This document shows, one piece after another, positions 24,701-35,260 of a stretch of 63,311 bases of DNA. The notes beneath the pieces are model-generated. The model was not told the origin of the DNA. It worked only from the letters and a program-made list of their open reading frames with translations, and searched no databases. The position numbers and the translations under genes are program-made. Source of the stretch: Chiloscyllium plagiosum (taxonomy: Eukaryota); assembly GCF_004010195.1 (NCBI RefSeq), contig NC_057718.1, forward strand, positions 35,478,161-35,541,471, read 5' to 3'. Position 1 is the stretch's first letter. Each line of letters begins with the position of its first letter.

Positions 24701-24829
24701 TTTATCCCAATTTTTGACAACTTCCTCATTGTCCAATTTGATTTGAGGAATGTTCTATCCAGAATCCTCTGAAATTGGTTCTTCCTTCATTGCTGTAATC
24801 ATTAACACCTTCTCCTCTTGCTTTCCTTC

Positions 24830-25960
24830 CCTACCAAAATACCTTTTGAGCATATTCACATGACACACTGTGAGATTTCTTCCTGTCTGGAGTCCTTATC
24901 AAGTAGTTCACCTCACTCAATTTCCTTTCGATTTGATAAGGTCCACTAAACCTTGCTTTTAAAGACTCACCTGTGACTGGAAGTAACACCAAGACCTTAT
25001 CACCAATTGCAAAATTATGAATTTGTGATTTCTTATCTGCTTCTTGTTTCATTGTATGTTGTGATACTTTTAAATGCTGTCTAGCCAACTCTCCAACTCT
25101 ATTTAATCTTTCTCTAAAATGTGTCACATAGTCCGAATGGGTGGTCTCTGAATTCTGACTTATTAATTTCTCCTTAATCAATTTTAACTCTTACTTCAAG
25201 CCCAAAAATTAATTCAAATGGACTGAATTTGGTTGATTCATTTAATGCATTTCTAATTGCAAAAAGTACAAACAGAATTCCCTTTTTCCCAATCACCTGG
25301 ATAATCCTGATAATAAGCCCTCAAAATGGTCTTTATTGTTGATGCCATCTCTCTAGCGCTGCCTGCGATTCTGGTTGGTATGCAGTAGATTTGAATTTCT
25401 GTATTCCCAAGTTATCTATAACGTCCTTGAATAGTTTGGATGTGAAGTTTGATCCTTGATCTGACTGGATCTCTATTGGTCGTCCATATCTAGTAAAGAA
25501 TTTAAGTAATTCTTCTACAACCCTTTTAGATGTGATGTTACATAATGGGATTGTTTCTGGAAATCTAGTCGACACATCCATTATTGTTAATAAATACTTA
25601 TTCTTACTTCTTGTTTGAGGCAGGGGATCTACACAATCAGTCAAGACTGTTGTGAAAGGTTCCTCAAATGCTGGAATGGGTATTAAAGGTGCAGGTTTTA
25701 TGACTACCTGTTTTCCGATTAGCTGACATATGTGACTCGTCTAGCAAAATTCAATTACTTCCTTGTGTAATCTAGGCCAGTAAAAGTGTCTTTGTATTTT
25801 AGCCTCTGTCTTCCTTAACCCTAAATGACCTCCAAATGGTAGCTCATGCGCTACTCGCAGCTCTTCCTTTCTATACCCTACTGGCAAAAAATTTGATGGT
25901 TCTCTGCCCATTTCACATCTGGTTGAATGTGATAGTCTCCAGTTCCTCATTAAGACCTCA
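24830..25960 (-). pseudogene. Gypsy integrase (zinc finger, DDE core, GPY module; disrupted)
   Basis: AHELPFGGHLG...FYWP, DCVDPLP, SDQGSNFTS, ESQAALERWHQ, ARFSGPYQI. Confidence 0.85.
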
Positions 25961-26329
25961 TTTGTTCAGTAATAACACACAGTGATGCATTCACTCTCCT
26001 CTTCTGTATATGCTTTTTAATACAACTGTTTTAAGTTCTCATCTTCCTTCTCTATCAGCTTAGCAGAGCTAAAGATACTTGCATGTTTACCTTTTTGCTC
26101 CTGCTTTGTCCCACTTATCTGATCAAAAAACTTGTTGGATAAAGCTCTGTCAGCTTCCTTATCTGTGACTTTTGAACTCCCCTGCTTCAGCTTGTGCCTT
26201 TGTGATCTTATAATCACACAATCTGGGAAAATTCCTGAAAAAACATTCTTCATTTCTTCAGTTGCCTGCGTCTCCACTGGCTTTTCAACTAGAGTAGGCA
26301 GCACACCTACCAGTGAATCAGCCACATCA

Positions 26330-27480
26330 TTTGCAAGGACAAATTGTATTCCTGGAGCTGAGTTTGTCCAGTACTCCTACCACAAATTCTCCACTCTTCA
26401 CTGGACCCTTTAGCCTCACTTTACATAACTGAGCACTTTTTGTCTCACCATGAATTCCTGTTACCAGACCCTTTTTCGGCAATATTCCCTCAGGAGTACA
26501 TATCTCCTCATTCTTCAGCATTATAGACTAAGAAGACCCTATGTCCCTTAATGTGCAACCTCTTTACTTGCTACTCCTGGCCTATGTAAATGAACTTTAC
26601 CCTTGCATGTATATTTTTTAAGCAGATCTGGCACTTACTCCTTAATCAATCTCTGATCATCTTGTACACTCTGAGGCAGTTGTCTAAGTTCCCTTGCTAC
26701 TAGTCCAACAAAACTTCAAGGCTTGTCTGGTTTTCCTACATCTGGCTTTCTCCTAGCCCACCAACACTGTGATTTCGTGTGGCCCGTTTTATTACAATGA
26801 AAACACTGGAGCTTTTTAACTTCTTTGTCCCCCTCAAGGATTTCTTTTTTAGCCTGTGGTAAATTATCCTTATTATCTTCAGTGAGGATTTTTCTTTGCC
26901 CCAGTTTCTATCCCTCATGGACTGAAATTGATTCTGGAAGCCAAATCGAGTCTTATGGGCCAGTTCATAATCATCAGCCACTTCAGCTGCTAACCTTGCC
27001 ATTTTAACTCTCTGCTCTTCCACATGAGTTCACACTACTTCGTCACTAAGGTTACCTTCAGCCTTTATCTCCAGCCTTTTAAGCTGACTTCCCTTTTTAA
27101 GTGTCAGCTTCTGAAGTTGAAGTGCTCTCGCTTTTTCTCTCTGTTCTGTTGCTCTCTCCTTTTCTCTCTCTTCTGCTTTAAGTGTAATTCAAACTGTTTC
27201 ATTACTGCTGCCCTTTCCTTATCTTTCACCTCTAACTCAAGCTATTTCATTTGTAATTGAACTCTTGCCATCTCTATAGATTCTGAAGGTTTCTCCAGCA
27301 AGTTTAAATGTTGAGCTACTGCTATAGTTATCTCTCCTTTCCTCACAGAAGCAAGCAGGTCCAATTCCAGCTTCTCTGCCTATTCCTGCAGCTTGGTCTT
27401 ATTCACCTTTTGCAAAACTTCCAAAGTCACCACATCCACTTCCAGAAAACTTTTGGCAACAGAAAGGGCCATTACTACCT
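26330..27480 (-). pseudogene. Gypsy gag (CCHC knuckle) and protease (disrupted)
   Basis: THVEEQ..AAEVADDYELAHK; CFHCNKTGHTKSQC knuckle at ~26764-26805; LRDIGSS protease motif at ~26531-26551. Confidence 0.75.
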
Positions 27481-27551
27481 CAAAGCTTTGCCTACCCAAC
27501 CAAACCAACACCCAAAATAAAGACACAAGCATCTACCACTTTCTGTTTAAA

Positions 27552-27570
27552 ATCCCGCAAAGAGCCCCCA
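27552..27570 (-). promoter_or_regulatory. Primer binding site, tRNA-Pro-like
   Basis: Minus strand TGGGGGCTCTTTGCGGGAT, 3 nt after the 5' LTR; canonical Pro PBS is TGGGGGCTCGTCCGGGAT. Confidence 0.75.
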
Positions 27571-27573
27571 ATC

Positions 27574-28215
27574 TGTTATGGACTAGACCAAACCACTTAA
27601 AACATTCTTGAGCAGGCAACCCACACCATAACTTTGCAATTTGTTTCAGTAAGTGTACAGTGAAAATTACCTGGAATAAGTTAGCTGGGTTGACCACCAG
27701 GTTTTAAAACAGACAGAAATATATTCACAAAATTACACAATGAAACACAAAGAACAGGATAACGAACCCCCACAGAACTCAGTCTATCCCCAAACTAGAC
27801 TTAATTATGCTGTTCCAAACATACACAACAATCCCAATAAGCAAACCCCCTTTAAAAATGTTTAAAAAACGGAACAGATGCTGACAGGTTGAAGTTAAAA
27901 GGGCAGAAAGAGAGAGAGAGAGAGCCTGTTTCCACACAGCTGAGCTCCTAACTGGTTCTGGACTGAACTGCTCAGCTACAGAGCTGACCACTCTCCTTTC
28001 ATTATACAGGTCACTTCTAAAACATGACCACTTTGGCCTGAAGTCTTACCTGTTTACATATAAAGAAAAAGGCCTCTCAATACCCTTTAATCTCTGAACC
28101 AAACCAGTCGAATCGGAGCCAGGAGTGTTTTATGACTCCTCTGAAGAAAACCAAAGACACAATATCCTTGAGAAAAGGAACTGCTTTTAGCAAAAAAGGG
28201 ACCAGCTTTGTGACA
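27574..28215 (-). repeat. 5' LTR
   Basis: TG...CA termini (minus strand TGTCAC...TAACA); direct repeat of 22499-23133. Confidence 0.9.
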
Positions 28216-29127
28216 TCAGGTAACTGTGGAGCAGGATCATAAGACACAGAATGTATAGCAAAGGATTACAGTGTCATGCAACTGTTCACTGCCAACTCTC
28301 CTAGCCCCAGATCAGTGCCACAAGAAGTCATACAGCTGCCAGCAAGATAACAGGCTGGCCACGCTCTCATCTTTGCACCAGCATACTTTCCATCCTCTTA
28401 AAGAAACTCTGTTAAACTAGCCCTTCCGCTAATCAAAATTGGTCCCATTCCTCTGTCTAAAACTTTCCAATGATGTAACTATCTTCCATGCCATCAAAAC
28501 ACCAAATCACCACTTCAACAGCCTGTCACCCTCACTATTGTTATTTCACCTTCATTCTACTAATCGAAACACAAACCTTTACACATACTTTACTACTCTA
28601 AAGATCTTCTGGCTAACCTCTCTTCGTCCACTGCTCATTAACTCCAACTCATCCAAACTCCTACTACCCATTTCCTATTCTGAAAAAAAGGCCAGCTCGC
28701 TAACACCCTCATATTTCTCAATTGCATAGACACTTCATCAAGCAACGCATTAAATCTTGAATCTTGCTCCTCATCATTAAATCTTTCTCTGACCACAACC
28801 AGCGAGCACTATTTATAATATTTCCAACAGCCTTTTCACCCCAAAATGGACATTATCACCAATTGTCTGTGAGCAAGAGAGGATAGAGAAGGGAAATTAA
28901 TTTATGATCGAGAACTGGATGGCATTCCCTCTGCCTGATTCTCTCTCTCAAAATAGGAGCTAAGCCGTTTGACTCAGATATTTTCATTCTCACAACTCAA
29001 AGTTTGTTAAAAGTTTCTTTAAAAAAAACTGTAAACTGCAACTGCTGTTACCTCCTGTCTGTACCAGATACTCTTCCCCTCACTTCCTTTATAATCTCAT
29101 TCCATGTATTTCTATTTGTGGTTATAA

Positions 29128-29325
29128 AGTCATAGAGATGTACAGCATGGAAACAGACCTTTCGGTCCAACCCTCCATGCCGACCAGATAGCCCAACCCA
29201 ATCGGTCACACCTGCCAGCACCTGGCCCATATCCCTCCAAACCCTTCCTATTCATATACCCATCCAAATGCCTTTTAAATGTTGCAATTGTACCAGCCTC
29301 CACCACTTCCTCTGGCAGCTCATTC
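29128..29325 (-). mobile_element. CR1 LINE 3' end
   Basis: NELPEEVVEAGTIATFKRHLDGYMNRKGLEGYGP. Confidence 0.85.
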
Positions 29326-30729
29326 TTGGGTAACAATTATCCATTCTGTTTCACTCAAAAAAGCTTTGCCATTGGCTGTCCTTCATTTTTGATCTGGTTA
29401 ACTAAATCTAAGAGAAGCTATGTGCTAAAAAAGAAATTTAAAAATTGTTGTAATTGACTGATAGGGGTTATCAAAGAGGGGAGTCATGATACTTCTTTAC
29501 CTGGTTGTAAATAGAGGTAATGTGCATGGAGAGAAAAAAAGGCAAGATAAATATGTGGTTCTGAGACAGATGTGCAATTGTGGAGAAGCCTAGAGTTAGT
29601 GCTCTTTTTTGTGTGCCGTTGGTCGCATGAACCATGGATATGCAAATTACATACTGTCCTAAATCTCCTCCTTATCACTAAGTGCCAGGTTTAGGCAATT
29701 TTTTTCTGAATTGTGGCTCTCGTGTTATCTTGAATATGTCAGACATTCTTTTTGCTGCCAAGAAAATTAAGGCGAAGTGTGGCATTTCTGCAAGGAACAC
29801 TAAATGTGGTCAGATGGAGGTACATCATGCAGTTACATTGGCAGAGATAGGAAAATAGAACAAAACTTCATAGAGAGATTGAGAAGTGTTCAGGATGTGC
29901 CCCTTATAAAATGGTTAAGTAGGATAAACACTACAACAAGTGAAAATCGATATTAGGAAATAGCAGGAGTACACTGTCCTCTGGGTACTTAGCAAATTTT
30001 AGTGAAAGAAGTGGACTGGCTGTCCAGGAGATGGGCACTTCCATGGAGAGGTCCAGGTATATGGAGATGGCCTCTCAGCGGCATCATAAAGGGGATGGTT
30101 TCATGAGATATACAGGAGGAAAAGTAAGTAGTCCTCGTGCCTCAATGACTTCTCCAGAGGAGTTGCCTTCAGCTCTGTAATATTTGGTGTTAACTTATTT
30201 GCTCCAAGACACATGATTTGTGTCTTCCTCTGCAGTGACACTGCTCCCACCTGTAGCACAGATCCTGAACATGGAACAACCCTCCCGTCCTCGGACAGCC
30301 ACAGACCAATGACCAAGGTTAACCAAGGCCATGGGTCAGTAAGGTCCTCAGTCTAACTCACATTCAGTTAAACGTGTGAGGGATGGGGTGAGTACCACAT
30401 AAGTCCACACATTATAAACTGAGGAAACAGCACCTATCTGTACTCAGGATTCACAGATTTCACAACTTTTGTACTCATGAAGGCTTGAAAATCTTTGTAG
30501 CACCATTACACTTATAATGTGGCAAACCAGAATCCTTTTCATGTTTTTGGGAGCTCATTTGCTGCATTAAAGTGTTTGCATTGGGAATACATCATGAGTT
30601 TCAGGCATTTTCCATTACAGCCACTGTAACTCAGACTAGTTTGTGCTAAGGTTAATGAGGGAGGCAGCAGTGGGGCCACTGTATTCTGAAACTGTATTGG
30701 ATTGCATGGATCTATGAGTAAGGGTCATG

Positions 30730-31620
30730 TGAACGTCTTACCAGTATCTCTTGGTGCTTTGCATGTACTCCCTGTAATTCTTCACAGTCCCATGCCTGTC
30801 ATCATCACCCTTATTCTCAAATTCCTCACCGTGCTGAACAATACCCTCAGTGTGTAATTGCTCTTTCTTTGTAGCATCAAGCTGTTCAGGGTACAGAATA
30901 CCATGTTTGTGCAGGAAAACTTTGCTTGTGAAGACTGTAAGATTCCATTACATCTTCAGAAGCCCTATGTCTTGTTCAAGTTACGCCATGACACGTTGTA
31001 TCTCTCCTCTGCATCAGTGTGAAGCTTCATACATACATTAGTAGCCATAGTAGTCAAACGTTTGTAGCTGGGTCTTCAATGGGTAGCCCTTGTCACCACA
31101 ATATCCATCTTAGAAGGTACACAGAGAACTGTGTGTAGTGTGTAGTCATTGTAGCTGCCTTCCAGAGGCTGTGTGCACATCAAAAGTGAGTGCTGTGATG
31201 GTTACATGTCAGCTGTACTTGGAGTGAGTAGAATCCTCCTGTTAATGATAGCTGCTAGCTGCTCAGTAAAAACCTTGCTGATCAGAAGCATACAGTTGCT
31301 ACCTTGCACCTGGGAAAGTTCCTGTGATGGACTCAAATCCAATAGTCTTCTCCCTCTGAGTGTGTAGACTGGTGTGAAAGGTGGACCTCCAGAACATAGC
31401 ATTAGTAACTATCTATAGTGAACAACACACCTGGGGAATTCACTTATATTTTTTTCAGCGATCCCACAAATTATGGTGAGGTGCAGACATTCAGTACCAC
31501 TCTGACCTTCACCACCTCCAGAATCAGTGCAGACAATTCTCAGGGGGTTCATTTATTCTCTATCATTGCACACAGGTCAGTTTTGGCCTCCCTGAAGAGA
31601 AACTGTGTGGTGTGTTCTGT
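30730..31620 (-). pseudogene. Fossil PIF/Harbinger transposase (HARBI1-like DDE nuclease)
   Basis: Ordered remnants on the minus strand: REAKTDLCAMI, VVKVRVVLN, QVQGSNC, INRR/FYSLQVQLTCNH, GDKGYPLKT, TDAEERYN, LEQDIGLLKM; many frameshifts. Confidence 0.65.
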
Positions 31621-31948
31621 CCATTTTTCAGACAGTAGCTAGTGGGTACAAGCAGGAACCCAGGCTGATTCTTTTCCTCCTGCCTACCCCTAAGGTCTTT
31701 TTTTTAACATAAAATCAGCAGACATTCCCTGTTCTGATTAGAAATTTTCACACATCCATACAAAGAGCAGAATTTTCAGTTCAAGGCAGATGAGTGATGT
31801 CTCTGTGCAGAATCCAGCATGTTGGAGAGATAGTTCAGAAAAGCTTATTCTGGAACAGGGGTTAACCAGGATCTTCCTAATGAAGCATCTACACCCTGCT
31901 TATGTGATTCACTATTTCATCACAGTGAGTCAAAGTAAGCGCTTTGGG

Positions 31949-32081
31949 TTGAAACTTTATTGCTGGAACAGCACAGCAGGTCAGGCAGCATCCATCTGGA
32001 TGCTGCCTGACCTGCTGTGCTGTTCCAGCAATAAAGTTTCAACTTTTTATCTCCAGCATCTGCAGACCTCACTTTCTCTTC
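31949..32081. mobile_element. Collapsed family A element forming a perfect 47-bp palindrome
   Basis: Arms 31948-31994 and 31997-32043 are exact reverse complements; 13-bp TSD TAAGCGCTTTGGG at 31936-31948 and 32082-32094. Confidence 0.85.
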
Positions 32082-32199
32082 TAAGCGCTTTGGGCACATC
32101 TTGACATTTCTAAATTACATTCAGTTTAACTTAATCTTATCATTTTTCATTAGGAGCTAGTTTTTATCATGGAATTGCTTCCATTTACTTTATTAATTC

Positions 32200-32860
32200 A
32201 GAGGATCTGCGCATCATTGGTAAAGATATCATTTTTTGCCTACCCGTAATGGCCTTAGGGAAAGTAGAGATGAACTACTTTCTTAAACCGTTGCAGTCCA
32301 TGTGTTGTAGGTAAACCCACAGCGATGTTAGAAGGGAGCTACAGGATGTTGACCCAGTGACAGTGAAGGAATAGCATTAAGTAATTATGCCAGGATGCTG
32401 TGTGATTGGAAGGGATCTTTCATTGGCACACATGAGTCCTTGTTCTTCCAGGTGGTACAAGCCACAGGATTAGGTGATGCTGTCAAAGAAGCTGCAACAC
32501 ACTTTGATGCAATACATTTTGTAGATGAGACACACTGCAGCAAAGTTCATCGAGTTGGTGAGATAGTGCATATTTACAGCGGGAAATGTGACATCAATCA
32601 AATGGGCTACTTTGTGTTAGACCATGTTGCACTTCTTGAATGTTGTAGAGCTTCTTGAATGCTGCTTCTCGAGGCAAGTGGGAAGTAGTCCATCACAATC
32701 CTGACTGTGCCTGTAGATAGTGGAAAGGTTGTGGTGAGTAAGGAAGTGAGTCACTCATTGCAGAAAACCCAGTCTCCTGTCTACTCTTGTAGCCACACTA
32801 TTTGTTTGGCTGGTTCAGTTATATTTTGAGTCAATAGCAACCTTCAGGATGTTGATTGTA
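32200..32860 (-). mobile_element. Decayed CR1/L2-clade LINE fragment
   Basis: Same family as 19400-20195; resumes at ~33430-33560 after a nested CR1. Confidence 0.5.
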
Positions 32861-32869
32861 GGGGAATTC

Positions 32870-33425
32870 AATTTGCAGTATCGGGTGCAATTTGCAGTAT
32901 CGGGTCTCCCTCCTGTAGAAAGGATGTAGTGAAACTCGAAAAGGTTCAGAAAGGATTTACAAGAATGTTGCCAGGGCTGGAGGGTTTGAGCTATTGGGAG
33001 AGGCTGACTTGGCTGGGGCTGTTTTCCCTGGAGCATTGGAGGCAGACGGGTGACTTTGTAGAGGTTTATAAAATCATGAGGGGCATGGATAGGGTAAACA
33101 GAGAAGGTCTTCTCCCTGGGGTAGGGAGTCCAGAACTAGAGGGCATAGGTTTAGGGTGAGGGCGGAAAGATTTAAAAGAGACCTATGGGGCAACTTTTTC
33201 ATGGGGAGGGTGGAGATTGATCTGCCAGAGGAAGTAGTGGAGGCTGGTACAATTACAACATTAAAAAGGCATCTGGATGAGCATATGACTAAGAGCGGCT
33301 TAGAGGGATATGTGCTAAGTGCTGACAAATGGGACTAGATTAATTTAGGGTATCTGGTCGGCATGGATGAGTTGGACCTAATGGTCTGTTTCTGTGCTGT
33401 ATATCTCTACAACTGCATGACTCTA
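32870..33425 (+). mobile_element. CR1 LINE 3' portion (second copy 36469-36964)
   Basis: KLEKVQKGFTRMLPGLEGLSY...LPEEVVEAGTITTLKRHLD. Confidence 0.85.
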
Positions 33426-33574
33426 TGGTAGTACCACTGAATGTTAAGGGGGATGGATAGACTCTTCTTGCATTGCTTAGTACTTGTATGGTATGAATGT
33501 TACTTGTCACTTGCTAAGCCTGAACATTATCCAGGTTTTGTGTTATGTAAGCTCAGACATCTTAATTATGTTTT

Positions 33575-35260
33575 AGGTTGTAAGTTTACTTGCTGAGTTG
33601 GAAGATTTGTTCTCAGACATTTTGTCACCATGCTAGATAACATCATCAGTGAGCCTCTGTTGAAGCGCTGGTGTTCTGCCCTACTTGCTATTTATGTCTA
33701 TTGTGTGGGTGATATCACCTCCAGTTCTGTTTCTGAGAGGTTGGTAAATGGTGTCCAAGTTGACATGGGGTTTGCTAATGGAGTTACAGTTTGAATGCCA
33801 GGCCATCAGGACTTTCTGTGCATGTCTTTATTTAGCCTGTTCCAGGATGGATGTATTGTCCCAGTCGAACTGGTGTCTCTCTTTGTCTGTTTGCATGGAT
33901 ACCAGTGATAGTTGGTCATGTCTTTTGGTGGCTAGTTGGTGCTCATGTATCCTGGTGGATAATTTCCTGCCCATATGTCTAATGTAATGTTTCTTGCAGT
34001 CCTTGCAGGTTATGTATAGACAGAACTTGGATAGAACATAGAAACGTACAGCACAGAACAGGCCATTTGGCCCATGATGCTGTGCCGAAATTTAATCCTA
34101 ATGTAAAATATAGTAATTTAACCTACACACCCCTCAACTCACTGCTATCCATGTGCATGTCCAGGAGTCGCTTAAATGTCTCCAATGACTCTGCTTCCAC
34201 CACTACAGCTAGCAATGCATTCCATGCATTCACAACTCTCTGCTTAAAGAACCTACCTCTGACATCTCCTTTATACCTTCCTCTTAATATGACGTTCATT
34301 CTGCTGGTTGTTGGTACAGGGTACTTTAAATTCATCAGGAACTGTTTCAGTGTGGTGGTGGCTTTGTGGGCTACCAAGATGCCCAGGGGCCGGAGTATCT
34401 GGTTGTCATCTCCAAGATGTCTTTGATGTATGGCAGGTTGGCTAGAGTTTCTGGGCATGTTTTCTTGTTTAGGTCTGTTGTGCAGGAATCAGCAGATTGC
34501 GGTTATCGGGAACCTGAGGTTGTCTAAGTGTTTTTCCTCAGCTTCTCATAGTTCCTGGCTGCTGCAGTGTGTTGCTGCTCATTTAAATAATTTCCTGATG
34601 CAGCTCCTTTTTTGGGTGTTGGGATGATTGCTCCTGTAGTTGAGTATCTGGTTAGGCTTTCCTGTAAGTGCTGGTCTGCAGCTCTCCATTGGCTTTTCGT
34701 TCTACCATGACATCTAGGAAGGGGAGTCTGCTGTGGTTCTCTTCCTCTTTGGTGAATGTTATACCGGTAAGGATGTTTTTAGATTACTTACAGTGTGGAA
34801 ACAGGTCCTTTGGCCCAACAAGTCCACACTGACCCTCCAAAGAGCAACCCACCCAGACCCATTCCCCTACATTTACCCCTTCACCTAACACTACGGGCAA
34901 TTTAGCATGGGCCAATTCACCTAACCTGCACATCTTTGGACTGTGGGAGGAAATCCACGCAGGCACGTGGAGAATATGCAAACTTCACACAGACAGTTGC
35001 CCAAAGCAGGAATTGAACCCAGGTGCTTGGCGCTGTGAGGCAGCAGTGCTAACCATTGCACAACCATCCCGCCTGTTTGTTTGTTTGTATGTGTGTTTGT
35101 GGGTTTGTTCTAATTTGATGTGTTTCATGATGTCAAAGGTGTCAACCATATAACAGACCCACAGCTTGTGGTGGATCGTGGGGCGGACTGTTCGTTCTAA
35201 CCTCTGCATAACTGCTTCTGCTAAAAGTCCTGATGATCCCATAGGTGACCCGTTGATTTG
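33575..35260 (-). mobile_element. Penelope-like element (RT C-terminus, GIY-YIG, pLTR) with nested CR1 tail (~34030-34285) and SINE; second copy 37114-38799
   Basis: MGSSG.LAEAVMQRLE, LWVCYMVDTF, CKDCKKHY remnants; 3' end GAGGCTCACTGATGATGTT. Confidence 0.8.
34780..35070 (-). mobile_element. HE1-type SINE (second copy 38319-38609)
   Basis: Minus strand GGTTAGCACTGCTGCCTCACAGCGCCAAG...GGGTTCAATTCC...GGACCTGTTTCCACACTGTAAGTAATCTA. Confidence 0.8.

Larger units (their letters stand above)
22499..28215 (-). mobile_element. Two-LTR (decayed) Ty3/Gypsy retrotransposon, Gmr1-like clade
   Basis: Two ~640-bp LTRs, PBS, PPT, 4-bp TSD TCAA/TCAG (22495-22498, 28216-28219); inserted into a family B Penelope repeat; internal gag-PR-INT-RT-RH remnants. 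Confidence 0.9.
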
